The notes below the pieces were generated by a model. It was not told the origin of the DNA and ran no database searches. It saw only the letters and a program-made list of their open reading frames with translations. DNA of 64,000 bases from Octopus vulgaris. Its lineage: Eukaryota. The translations under genes and the position numbers were made by a program. Every line of letters starts with the position of its first letter. Position 1 is the stretch's first letter. The stretch spans positions 64,542,001-64,606,000 of the forward strand of contig OX597814.1 of the NCBI GenBank assembly GCA_951406725.2, written 5' to 3'. Positions 14,593-26,979 of the stretch are shown one piece after another.

Positions 14593-14808
14593 GTATACAT
14601 TGGTGAGACAGGGAATGCCTTATCTGCTCACAGTCAACAAATCCGGAATACCAATGTTCGCCATATTCCATTGAGCGAACATACAGAAACATGTAGTCAG
14701 AAAATGTTTCTAATTGTTCCTTTCCACAAACTGCATGGCACAAGTGAAGCTGGAAGAAAGATAATAGAAAAACGTTTCAGTAAAATGTTTAAGCCTGTTC
14801 TGAACGGA
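14593..14808 (+). pseudogene. Penelope-like element GIY-YIG endonuclease C-terminal fragment
   Basis: VYIGETG..HSQQIR..HIPLSEH..C..FLIVPFHKL..RKIIEKRF..FKPVLN matches the PLE GIY-YIG pattern. Confidence 0.8.
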
Positions 14809-15153
14809 AAGACTGACTATAATACAACAACCAGTTAATGATGTAGATTAAAAATTAACTTTAACACATGAATATAAACAACTTACAGAAGATTCCAAAC
14901 GACTGAAATAAAAACGATCGAAACCAATTAAGTTTGCTCACTCATAAAACCAATACATGTAAAGCGCAAGCTAATTGGTTAAAATAAAGGCAGGATCTAT
15001 GCCAGTAATATCGGTGCACCCGGAAACCGTGACGTTTAAGCTTATTGGGCAAAACCGTATTCGAAAAATACAGCTTATCGGAGCCTTCTAAAAGGTATAA
15101 AAAAGAAGAAGTAAGTCATTTTACTACACTTGCCAAGCACTCAACTCAATTGA

Positions 15154-15191
15154 AATCGGAGGATTACTCCGAACGTATGAAAACGCTAATT
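15154..15191 (+). ncRNA. degenerate hammerhead-like motif downstream of the GIY-YIG fragment (pLTR position)
   Basis: AAT-CGGAGGA-TTAC-TCCGAAC-GTAT-GAAA-ACGC-TA-ATT. Confidence 0.4.
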
Positions 15192-15357
15192 GAACTTTAT
15201 GGATATTACTAAATATTTTTTTTAATGTTTAACACACTTCAACATTGTTAAAATAATGTTTTTAAAATGCAATAACAATAAACGTGAAATCCAGATCATG
15301 TTGTAACTTTATTCAACTGATATATTATTCTAAACACATTTACACAAATTCAGAATA

Positions 15358-15407
<50 letters not shown>

Positions 15408-15553
15408 CATATTAAAGAAGAATCACCTTTTATCAATTCCACAATGAAATAACAATGATATAATTAAATTATACCATATAGAAAAAATTAGATATACAAT
15501 AAAAACATATACTAAGTATAAAATAATAAATAGAAAGTATATAATTGGTCAAA

Positions 15554-15636
15554 GGATTACACGTGTTTCGTGGCTATATTTTCAAACTGATAACAGTAAA
15601 ATCAATTCAATTTAAATATAGTCACACTTCCGGTCC
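15554..15636 (-). ncRNA. degenerate hammerhead-like motif
   Basis: Minus: GGA-CCGGAAGT-GTGACTATATT..AATATAGCCAC-GAAACACGTGTA-ATCC; long helix II and palindromic helix III, CUGANGA box decayed. Confidence 0.55.
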
Positions 15637-15686
15637 AAGATAAAAACAATAAAATAATTAAATAAATAAATATGTACATAATCTTG

Positions 15687-15736
15687 TAAGAAAATATTAA
15701 TAAATATAAAAATACGTAATTTTACAAAATGCGATA

Positions 15737-15796
<60 letters not shown>

Positions 15797-15846
15797 TATC
15801 GTATTTTGTAAAATTACGTATTTTTATATTTATTAATATTTTCTTA
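15687..15846. repeat. 160-bp near-perfect palindrome centred on (TA)n
   Basis: ~53-bp arms TAAGAAAATATTAATAAATATAAAAATACGTAATTTTACAAAATGCGATAATG and its reverse complement, one mismatch seen. Confidence 0.92.
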
Positions 15847-16013
15847 TATATATGGGGGTTTATATATTTTCTTATATATATGGGGGTTTAGTTCGCAGGT
15901 GATCTAATCGATTAGGTACGCCTAGGTAAGTGCTGATTTCCGAAGCAGCGGATTTATAATTGTTAAACTGGACAGCAAACATTAAGGCAAAGCAAATATC
16001 TCAAGTCATATAG

Positions 16014-16491
16014 AATATTATTATAGGAAGAAATTCGAAATCTTACAGCTGTTTATGGGATATACCTGAGTATGAGATATTCCGTCATCAGAGACAAATA
16101 GGGGAGAAAAATATGGAAAATGAGAATGGTATATATTAATAAGTTGACAACATAGAGGAGGGTATATAAGAATAAGGAGATGGAAAGAAGGAAGAAAAAA
16201 GAAGCATAAAAGTTCATAGTTCAACTTGCCGAAGTTATAAAAATCAGAGTAAGTCCTTAGGTGCAATCCGGCATACACCCATGGATACCCACATGGATAC
16301 CCACATGGATACACGCAGGATTGCGCCTAAGGACTTACGCTCATCGATCTACAGAGGATTGCACCCAAGGACTCATGCTCTGGTTTCTATAACTTCGGCA
16401 AATTGTACTATGAACTATGACGGAATATCCCATACCCGGGAATATCCCAGAAACAGCTGTAAGATTTCGAATTTCTTCCTATAATAATATT
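16014..16491. mobile_element. fold-back element with divergent hammerhead motifs
   Basis: Outer arms 16014-16088/16417-16491, inner arms ~16207-16269/16356-16417, central 12-bp CATGGATACCCA x3; left minus CTGATGA..TAAACAGCTGTA, right plus CTATGA..GAAACAGCTGTA. Confidence 0.85.
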
Positions 16492-16739
16492 GTAGGAATA
16501 ACAATAATAATATTGTTTGCCTTGCCTTAATGTTTTCTGTCTTGTTTAATGATTTTCTGTATATATATATATATACACATACACAGAGAGGGAGAGAGAT
16601 ATTTATATATAGGTAGATGGATAAGTTGAATTTCTCTCTAAATGTATACTTTATGCACACACCCCTTGGTTTATACCAAATTTATCCATAAAACAATACT
16701 CAGTTTGCTGGAATGTTCCGTAAACTTAACATCTAATAA

Positions 16740-16833
16740 CATAATCTCTGATGAGATTCTGCTTTATAAAATGATTTAATTATCACAATTACAACCTTTA
16801 AAGTACGAATCGAAACAGCTGTAAGAGATTATG
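16740..16833 (+). ncRNA. minimal type I hammerhead ribozyme, intact core
   Basis: CATAATCT-CTGATGA-GATTC..GAATC-GAAAC-AGCT-GTA|AGAGATTATG; perfect 5-bp helix II extended by TGCTTTA/TAAAGTA, palindromic helix III. Confidence 0.85.
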
Positions 16834-16911
16834 TTAATGTTTGCAGTTAATAAATATACTTATTAATTGATTTATATCCTTTTTCTTATTTTTCTTAGGT
16901 AGATTGATAGA

Positions 16912-17039
16912 TAGGCGCAAAAGTGTCTATATGGTAAGTTCTACTGCGTCCCACCTTGGGAAGGTGTCCTCCACAGGAGACTCGGACTGACCAAAGCCTT
17001 GCGAGTGGATTTGGCAGACAGAAACTGAAAGAAGCCCGT

Positions 17040-17040
<1 letters not shown>
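16912..17040 (+). mobile_element. SINE family A head
   Basis: CACCTTGGGAAGGTGTCC..GACCAAAGCCTTGCGAGTGGATTTGGCAGACAGAAACTGAAAGAAGCCCGTC. Confidence 0.85.
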
Positions 17041-17123
<83 letters not shown>

Positions 17124-17904
17124 ATAAATGAAAATGCATTGTAAATAACGTATGCGTATATTGAAGGTAAAACCGGATAGGAGACAGACTCAGAGGGTCC
17201 CCAATTCTTCATCAGTTATCAACCAAATTGTAATACTTAGTTTCGCACCACTATTGATAAAACTGAGAACTTCCCATATCGGTAGTGCCTGCGAAGTTGA
17301 GTTTCAAGCGAACATGGAGTGGGCGTGGGAAATTTAAAAGAAAGTAATTTAAGACGATGGACAAAGACGAAATAAATAGGAAACTAGTAAAGTACGGTTT
17401 TAGGGCCAATAAGACAAGAATGTGTGTAACGCTTAGAAGAAACCCTAAAGGATATGAAAATAGCAAGATTGAGAAATTTTTGCGATCGAATGTCTGGGCA
17501 GCCGATGTGAAAAAGGGAGAGAAAGAAGGAAAGCTGACCACGTATCACGTGTCAGCCTCAGGTAGAGGAGAAAGGAAAGAGATCGACAGGATGAAATGAA
17601 GGGAAAGGCGAAGGAGAAAGGCTACAAAATACAAGTGAGAGGGCGTGAGAAAGAAAATAGGGTAAAGTGGACAGGCTAGAAATAGAAGTAAAAAAGCGAG
17701 AAAGAAAGGGAGAAAGAGTGAAGGCAGAGTAGAGTCACACAGAATATATATAAACTTACTGTTAAAAACGTCGGGTTTACGAGCGTACCGTTACTTAAAC
17801 AACGACAGATAAAAAAATGTATACATATATTGAGGGCACAACCGCACGAATGACACAAAGGGTCACTACGTACATACATATATAGATACAAATACACATG
17901 TAAG

Positions 17905-17946
<42 letters not shown>

Positions 17947-17959
17947 CTTTAACTTTTTT

Positions 17960-18390
17960 TTACTCTCTTACAAGTTTCAGTCATATGAATACGGCCATAA
18001 AAAAGTCGACCCCAGGACATAATGGGGGGATAATCGCAGACACAAAAACACACACACATAAATATATATAGACGGGCTTCTTTCAGTTTCCGTCTACCAA
18101 ATCCGCTCAGAAGACTTTGGTCGGCCTAAGGCTATAGTAAAAGACACTTTCCCAAGGTGCTACGCTGTGGGACTGAATCTGGAACCATGTGGCTGGGAAG
18201 CTAACTTGTGTCTTTGTGCGCCCCACCGCCGCTTGATAACCGGTGTTAGTTTGTTTATGTTCCTGTCATCTGGTGGTTTGGCAAAAGACACCAGGCTTAA
18301 AACAGAATAAGTACTGGGATCTCTTCATTCGATTAAAACTTCTTCAAGGTGATGCCCCAGCATGGCCGCAGTCTAATGACTGAAACAAAA
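17960..18390. mobile_element. SINE family A minus copy (17960-18205) abutting a plus-strand tail (18206-18390)
   Basis: GACGGGCTTCTTTCAGTTTCCGTCTACC.. followed by CCCCACCGCCGCTTGATAACCGG..CAGCATGGCCGCAGTCTAATGACTGAAAC. Confidence 0.85.
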
Positions 18391-18951
18391 CAATTGCATA
18401 CATATATAATTACATACATGCACACACACATTGTATATGTGCCTGTGCTTTTGCTCACACCCACATATACGTAAGTGTGCATGCGTACTACAGACACACA
18501 TTGTTATATTTATCTATCTCTCTGTACACTGTCATGCGCTCAGATTTATGCTTCTATTCATACCGCATATCTGTACGCGATGCGCCTATACATATACGCA
18601 CCCACTCTTATTCATGTTTGCCTGTACGCATGTACGCAAGCATATTATGTGCTCACACACACACACGCCCGTCCGCACTAATGGCAGCATACACACTCAT
18701 CTTTATATGTGTGTGACTGTATGGATATATTTATTGATATAGTCCGAGTTCGTAATATGACATTTAAATAAAGAAATGAATAAATTCTACGTTATATGCG
18801 TCTCAACAATTTTCGAAATGGATGAGAATATTCATGCGTGTTTATTTTGTGGCGTCACTCGGATAATTTGCCTACAGCATAACATAACACTTAATTTCAC
18901 ATAAAGTATGTTTATAATATTATATTTAGCATATATACACACTCAGAGATG

Positions 18952-19019
<68 letters not shown>

Positions 19020-20204
19020 TAGATAGATAGATAGATATAGATATAGATATAGATATATATATATGTATATGTATGTATATATATATACATATATATAATG
19101 CATTTATATATACGTATATATGTACATATACGTATATGTATATGTATATATAATGTGTATGTATATGTATATATGTTCATGTACACACACACACACATAT
19201 ATATATATTTATGGGTTTAGATGTATATATATGTGCATGCAGCATACATACCTGTGTATATACACATATATATACATGTATAAGTGTGTGTATGTGTGTA
19301 TATACATAGATACATGTATGCATAATATGTATTTATATATATATATATATATATTTATACGCACACATATGGGTGTATATATAGAAGGGTGGGGGTCATC
19401 AATGGATGTATGAATAAGCATATACAATATGACTTGCTTAATTATTTTCTCCTTTTTTTGTGTTAAATCTAATTTCATAATAGATGTGCTGCCTTCTCTC
19501 TCTTCTTTTTCCTAAAAATCTCATAATTTCTTCCGGCTTTTTTATTCGTGATATTTTATGATTTTTATTAATAATATTGATATTTTTTTCTGTCATTATT
19601 ATAGCCTTCAGCTCTGCAAAAGAAAATACATTTATGGCCGTTTAATCATTTAATTATCTTCATAATTACACTTAATTTCTTTTCATTATCATGAACTGTT
19701 TATACTAATTAAGGTCACTGATATCAGGCTGCGTCTTGCAACGCACCTCCCAAACTCAGTATTTTTAGGTCTCTTCCCCTCACGAAGCGTCGAAAAAGCA
19801 AGTAGTATAGTTTTCTTTTTACTATTTAAAAGTGCAGTAGTTATTAAAGGGTTTTCTCCGTTGCTTCCTATGTAGATAAATGGTCAGTAAATACTCTTAT
19901 ACTGGATACAATACTCTTATACAGGATATGATGTTGCAACTATTTTCCAAATGCTAATTTAATGTAGTTATTAAGAGAATCAGTAGCCCACACAACCAAG
20001 GAAGAGGTCAATGTTTTGTATCTTTTCAGCGGAAGAGCATCGTGTTCTTTTGCTCTCAGTATCTGAGTTCTAATAGATAGAGGAATCCGAGAAAACTAGT
20101 CAGTTTCTTCAAATGTGATACAAAGAATTCAAACAATATTGAAAGAGGGAAGACAAACGTTTACTCAAATATGTATGTTGCTTTCATATATATGTATAAT
20201 TTTA

Positions 20205-20400
20205 TTTTTCAGAATGAGATAAAAAAAACCCCCAAGGCTGTGAAGAATTTAGAACATTTATAAATAGAAGGTCTTACAGCTGTTTCCAGGATTTTTATTA
20301 TATCTCTTCATCGGAGACGGTGAGGTAAAATGGTTAAGCAATAGTTAATTTAGATAAGTCACGAAATAGAAAGCGAAGTGGACGAATGAAAATAAATGTG
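20205..20400 (-). mobile_element. Penelope-type pLTR fragment with hammerhead motif (20271-20318)
   Basis: Minus: GTCT-CCGATGA-AGAGATATAATAAAAATCCTG-GAAACAGCTGTA-AGAC; homologous to 44820-45015. Confidence 0.75.
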
Positions 20401-20710
20401 AGATAGGCAGGAATATTGCATTTGTAGATACATTATTTAGGCAGAATCGTATACTTATAAGATTCCAATACCTTGTGAGTAAATTCCAATAGTACGTCGG
20501 ACTCCTTATTTGCATAATCACCGAACCTGGAGCTTAACTATCCATAGCACTTATTCAGCATTACCTGACACCTTTGGGTCTTATTGACACCATTCCCTCT
20601 CAAAACATCTCTCTCTGTTCCTCTCACTCTCCCACTCTCTGTCTGTCTGTGTGTCTGTGTGTCTGTCTGCCTCTCTCTCTCTCTCTCTCTCTCTCTGTAT
20701 ATATTAATGA

Positions 20711-20742
<32 letters not shown>

Positions 20743-21139
20743 ATATAAATACAGTGTACATTTAAACACATAAGAGTCATCCATCATAGGATTCCTTGCA
20801 CGCTAGCGAGAGCAGTTAAATTCAAAACCACTATTAGTGATAAAATCTCGAAGGGAATGAAAAATAAAAGCATTTACCATCTAACCCCTAAACTTTTACA
20901 CAGTAGGCCAGTGGTAACGGAAATTTCTAATATTTCTGATTACCCTTTGATATTATTAACTATATGTATATATATATATAAAGTCAGGGTATAATGTGTA
21001 CCAGTTTGCTCGAAAGAAAAGTAAAACTCTCCAGAACCACGTATTCCTCATTTTATGTAAACACGCACAAAGAGTGTTGCTGGCCACTTTATCATTATTT
21101 TTTTAAAGATAATGATAACTCATTTGAATTTTTTGTATG

Positions 21140-21213
<74 letters not shown>

Positions 21214-21249
21214 TATACATATATATACATATATGTGTATGTGTGCATA

Positions 21250-21455
21250 TGTTTGTGCCTCTGTGTCTGTCCCCCGAACATCGCTTGACAACTAATGCTG
21301 GTGTGTTTACGTCTCCGTAACTTAACGGTTCGGCAAAACTGATCGATTGAATAAGTACTAGGCTTACAAAGAATAAATCATGGGGTCCATTTAATCGACT
21401 AAAACCGTTGTTCAATCATGGCCGCAGACAAATGACTGAAACAAGTAAAAGAAAA
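21250..21455 (+). mobile_element. SINE family A tail
   Basis: CATCGCTTGACAACTAATGCTGGTGTGTTTACGTC..AATAAGTACTAGGCTTACAAAGAATAA..CATGGCCGCAG..GAAACAAGTAAAAG. Confidence 0.9.
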
Positions 21456-21611
21456 AGAATAAATAGAATATATATATATGCATTTGTATACAAATATATA
21501 CATATATACATACACACACACAAACATATATATATATATATATACATATATGCACACAGCAGACACACCTGTATATATCTTGATAAAAGGTTTGTTCTCT
21601 TTCGACATATT

Positions 21612-21673
<62 letters not shown>

Positions 21674-21759
21674 CACACATTTATATATTCATATATGTAT
21701 GTAGGTATGTATGAATGTATGTATGTATGTATGTATGTATGTATGTATGTATGTATGTA

Positions 21760-22412
21760 TGTCAGGTCACTTTCGAGTGCTACTGGTAATATGTTGCATG
21801 GTCGGGCCATCGGCGACTATACCGGCAACCCCATCAAGCTTGCTTGGTGAGGAGGGTGTTTATTGGACACCCTGCGGGATGAAAAACAAAACCCGTCAAA
21901 GGGCGGAGGAACTTTTGAGAGTCAACGGCCATCCGATAAATGTATATTTTTTTTCTTAAGGCTTAAAGCTGTGTCATGCACGAGGACATAGAAATAATCG
22001 GACTGAATACCCGATCGCGCGGTTAAACCATTGGGAGTGAAGGACTCCTAGCCTTTGTTAGGGCATCCTTCTAGGAGAAGGTAACTCAGGTAACTGGGAT
22101 AACTCCGACATAAAACCTGCGGCTCAGTGGTTACCGATGATGTTGACTTGTTCTTCTTTTCGGATTATGGCTGCTGTTGCTTAGAGAGTGGGATCGACTC
22201 AGTGCACAGCCTTTCCTCACTTAAAAAATAAATCTTCTTGCACATGCATTGCACGATAACGACATTGTTCATGATTGTTGATGGTGCTGTGAGTCCCAAG
22301 TGAATGGCTGACTGTAGCCTTGAAAAGCAAATAAAAGTCACATTCGATCACAGCACCAATAAGAGTTAAGCTTCGTGCAATGGCCATACCCGATAACGAG
22401 GGGGCAGCCATT
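21760..22412 (+). mobile_element. probable RTE-related non-autonomous element/5'UTR inserted in (TATG)n
   Basis: GC-richer block with GGGCATCCTTCTAGGAGAAGGTAACTC (RTE 5'UTR-like motif), bounded by (ATGT)n on both sides. Confidence 0.5.
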
Positions 22413-22458
22413 ATGTATGTATGTATGTATGTATGTATGTATGTATGTATGTATGTAT

Positions 22459-22608
22459 AGCTGTGTGGTAAGAAGCTTGCTTCCCAACCACATGGTTTAG
22501 AGTTCAGTTCCACTGCGAGGCACCTTGTGCAAGTGTCTTCTACTATAGACTCGGGCCGACCAAAGCCCTATGAGTAGATTTGGTTGGCGGAAACTGAAAG
22601 AAGCCCGT
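22459..22608 (+). mobile_element. SINE family A head (near consensus)
   Basis: GCTGTGTGGTAAGAAGCTTGCTTCCCAACCACATGG..GAAACTGAAAGAAGCCCG. Confidence 0.92.
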
Positions 22609-22612
22609 TGAC

Positions 22613-22664
<52 letters not shown>

Positions 22665-22744
22665 TAAGTCTGCTACTTATTCTGTCGATCTCTTTTGCCG
22701 AACCGAAGCACGTATGTATGTATGTATGTATGTATGTATGTGTA

Positions 22745-23105
22745 TTAAGATGAACAAAAAGTGCCATGGAAAGGAGAATGCTGAAGATTAACAAAATGGA
22801 TAAGTGGAAAAGCAGCGGGATTAATTTGGCAGCAGGTTTAACGGATTTTATTTGGATGGAAAATATGAACATTGAAATGGTCTTTTGCGAGACATGTGCT
22901 TCAACGAAAGGAAAATAGATGGAATGGCAAATCAAAAGAGTGGACACCATGTCCGAAAAAAAAAGGTTTGGGTAGACCATGCAGAATTTGGAATAAAAAC
23001 TTTGTTAAATTCTTTGGCACCCAAACATGGATGAGGAAACATCAGACCTTAATTAGTGGAGAGAACATGCTGTGACCACCTTCGTCCAGCAGTGGACTGA
23101 ACATG
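22745..23105 (+). pseudogene. RTE-clade LINE 3' fragment
   Basis: AMERRML..KWSFARHVLQRKENRW..EWTP..GRPCRIW..FVQQW, typical RTE ORF C-terminus. Confidence 0.8.
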
Positions 23106-23167
23106 TGCAAGGAAGATGTCTGTACGTGCGTATGTATATGTGTACAATGTGCAACAGCTCAGGCATG

Positions 23168-23275
23168 TAATAATAATAATAACAACAATAATAATAATAA
23201 TGATAATAATAACAACAACAACAACAATAATAATAATAATAATAATAATAACAACAACAACAACAATAATAACAA

Positions 23276-23315
<40 letters not shown>

Positions 23316-23328
23316 GGACGACGACGAG

Positions 23329-23366
<38 letters not shown>

Positions 23367-23377
23367 TGATGATGATG

Positions 23378-23434
<57 letters not shown>

Positions 23435-23526
23435 GAAGCATAGCGAGTAAACAAGTGTCACCTCAGTCTGCTGGCTGTGAACAGCTGACACTTTCTATCA
23501 TATCCAGCAAAATAAGCTGAGTTTTC

Positions 23527-23580
<54 letters not shown>
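23168..23580. repeat. compound AAT/AAC/GAT/GAC microsatellites
   Basis: Directly visible. Confidence 0.95.
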
Positions 23581-23582
<2 letters not shown>

Positions 23583-23666
23583 TTTTATAAAGATTAACGT
23601 AACTCTTTGCGAAGGTAGGCAATAGGAAGCGCGCGATACAATTATTAATAGATTATTTATTTAACG

Positions 23667-23713
23667 GTTTGAACAATATTTCAGCAGATCATCTCTTTTC
23701 TTCAGGTTCAAAC
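23667..23713 (-). ncRNA. minimal hammerhead ribozyme at the 3' end of a Penelope-like element
   Basis: Minus: GTTTGAAC-CTGAAGA-AAAGAGATGATCTGCT-GAAA-T-ATT|GTTCAAAC; 8-bp helix I, palindromic AATATT helix III, imperfect helix II. Confidence 0.7.
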
Positions 23714-23779
23714 TGTAAAATGAAAACAACCACAGAAACACAGAAATTCAAAATATAAGTGAGGAAATCATGGGTATTT

Positions 23780-25160
23780 TCATAGAATGATATCGTCAGT
23801 TTTCAATTTTGTAACCAGTAAAATCAAAATGGAAGAAAGAAAAGAAAGAAGACAAAAAAAATTAATCGGACAATAAATATAATGAAATTCACGTGTCATA
23901 TTATTAATTTCTTCAGGATGCGATGGTAATAATTCACAAATATATTTGTCCTTATGCATTTTGAGGATTGCAAATGTAGATTCAGAATATTTTCTGAAAA
24001 TATGCATTTCAGGTGTTCCTCAAAATTTCAGCCGTTTGATGTAAAATGTTCGGCAAGCTCTGCCTAACTACTGCTATTGTGTCTGAGGTCATATCTGGTC
24101 TCATTGAATCTTTTTGTTTAATAGTTCTGTTGTACAACCAACGTAAATCAAGTAGTGTTTGGTGCGTTCTGCTGCGTACACCAAATGGGAATCTTTATTC
24201 GTTCCACCTCCCGTATAAATCTAACATTTCTGTTATGATTCGTGATGGAATTGACTTGACACATGTTACATAATCATCAGGACTTACCTCGCTTGTAGTT
24301 ATTTTTCAAGGTGCAACGTTCAGAAACATCAAAGGTATTTTTTTTTGGTGGGGGTTAGAGGTAGTGGTCAATATTTCTCTTATATTTTTCTTGCGTCTAA
24401 AGGCTGCTGAGTGAATAGTATTTGAAACGAGGATATTTTTCTGCAATATGCAGGTAACTTTGAAATGCCTGCGAAATTTCGGTGCCAGTTAATCACTAAA
24501 GGAATTCTATCATAAATTTTACTGTGATTGTTAAAGTTATGCGCGGATTTTTGACTTTCCTTGCTAATTTTAGCTATGTCATTTGCAATTTCCTTTAATT
24601 GATTCACTGTAACCGCGTTTGACAGAATGGTGTTTGCGTGTTTCCAGTAATCCGTCAGTACAAATTCGTTTTATCCTCAAAAACTGGGGTTTCGGATTTG
24701 ATGTAGATGATTATATATGTGTGTGTTAGAAAGTAACACAATGATGTCTGGACAAAAATTTTACCGCCAGACAAGTTAATTTCGCTAGTGCTTTCATGAC
24801 GAAATTCGATATACAGATAATGAAGACTTTCAAATCCCTGCATGTTCATGAACCTCTACTCTGCTTACGGTTCAATGATGACATCTTTTTTGTCTAGGAA
24901 GGATCACAGGACACTTTAATTAACATTTTTCTTCTGTGATTATTACTCTAAAACTATGGGTTTAAGTCCAATATAAAACTTACGTCTACTGTTTCAAAGA
25001 CAAAAGTTAAGTTTTCTGGAGGCAGAATAGTCACAGAGTTATTTTGCAAGCCCACGTCATCCACATCATATGATTTGGTCAAATCCAAAATCCCAATTTT
25101 TGAGGATAAAACGGATTTGTACTGATATAGGGGATTACTGGAATCATGCAAATGCTTTTG
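23780..25160 (-). pseudogene. decayed Penelope-like retroelement (RT, thumb, GIY-YIG)
   Basis: Colinear minus-strand remnants FETVDVSF (RT), DRIPLVINWH (post-RT), LIYVGCT, ELAEHF, KDKYICEL..PEEIN (GIY-YIG). Confidence 0.75.
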
Positions 25161-26053
25161 TACACCATTATGTCAAACGCGGTTACAGTGAATCACATGA
25201 AATACGTATGTTCTTATTTTGGATATATTCAGTACGTTTTCAATGATAGGTTATTGTTAAAGAAATATCAAAAACAGAGACTAAAAACAGAAAGCAAATT
25301 GTTATAGAATGCTGATGTACGAAGTGTGGTGAATCAGACAGCCGTAAACATTTGAGTGCGTGTGTAACAAGTAACTCACATGAATATGGGAAGAGTACTT
25401 ATAAGCAGGAAATGTATATACATGTGCATGCTGTTATTCCGTGAAAGGAAGTAGAGACTAACAGATGGTATTTTAAATTTCCGATTCGATTTATAGAGGA
25501 GCAGACTATCATTACCAAACAAAGTGACCATCCTTAATGAGTAACGAGCGACTGTTCTTAAACATCTTCCGTTATAATCTCATCTTTTCTAGAATTCTGT
25601 ATAATTCTGTTATCATCGAATTTTCCGTCTTGTATTGTTTCGTGTTGTGTATATGAATGTGATAATATGGTTCCTTGCTATAAAAACAGAGTCAAGACGT
25701 GTAAAAATGTATTTTGCATCCATCGCAATTTCATCGTTCAACTTTCATATTTGCACTGAAATTTTACATCATTCTAGTTATACGTTAAGTTACTTGTAGG
25801 TTTGTGGTTCCGCATTGGTGATGACTTTTTATGATATTCTCACTATTAGTTTGTAGTTGAGTCAGACAAACTTCAGAGGATAACATTACAGAATTCTTGA
25901 AAAAGGAGAGAAACTATCAGTGGGAGTGTTGCTGACAGCAAAAATACAAGCAAAAGCAAAAAAAATAAAAAGAATTAAAAAAATAGACAGATTTATTATT
26001 AAACTGAAAATAGTAAGCAATGATGAAAGTAACTTGAAGTAAGCAATTACCAA

Positions 26054-26130
<77 letters not shown>

Positions 26131-26243
26131 ACACCACTCACAAACACACACACCACACACACAAACACACACACCACACACAAACACACACACCACACAC
26201 ACAAACACAAACGCACGCGCTCACACACATACATACACACACA

Positions 26244-26287
<44 letters not shown>

Positions 26288-26289
<2 letters not shown>

Positions 26290-26530
26290 CCAGTGGTTAG
26301 GCTGTTGCTCTCGCGATCGTTTCTCAGAGCGGGCGGCGCGTTGTGTTCTTGAGCAAAACTCTTCACTTCACATTGCTCTAGTTCCCCTTTCGATCAGGGA
26401 GGATGGTTGGCCTGCTCGCCTAGCCAGCGTGGTGGCGTCATTCGAAAGCTAGAACGATGCAAAGTACATTGAGACCAACGATGTGAGACCAGTCTACCAG
26501 CATCTGATAGACTGGTGGGTCACGTGATAA
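26288..26530 (+). mobile_element. second CORE-like tRNA SINE family
   Basis: GGCCAGTGGTTAGG..GCGTTGTGTTCTTGAGCAAAACTCTTCACTTCACATTGCTC; related fragments at ~7830-7940, 38080-38150(-), 53560-53615(-). Confidence 0.7.
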
Positions 26531-26979
26531 GTCGCGTGACGTGATACACACACACACACACACACACACGTTACTGAACAAAGCAATAGAAATGAATATA
26601 CACATAAGCAGTTACAAATACACAACAGCTTCAACCGAATACCGTAGTATATTTTATATAAGAGAATTTATTGCCCAATGTAACTCTTGTTTAAGGCAAA
26701 AGGGATTGATTCCAGTGTGATTTAGCTAGTATTTCTAGCAGATCATGTAGCTGCGTATAGGCTCCACCTTAATGTCACTTGCGAATGTGATGAGAAGAGG
26801 AACATATTGTGAATTGGATCGATCTCACTAAATTATCACTTTATATATTATTGATTCACGAAGAATAAAAGAGAAAAGTCAATATCTTGTGGCACAAATA
26901 CTTAAATGGCAAACACGATCAACAGTGAGCACCGCAGCAAGACGTTTCTTACAGTCCTCTGTCTTAAGCGAATATGAAA

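Noticed and set aside
17150-17330. L1-like RT remnant (GDPLS) on the minus strand
   Set aside because: Single short motif; insufficient support
22459-22520. tRNA gene
   Set aside because: tRNA-like head continues into the SINE body; many diverged copies and no full cloverleaf
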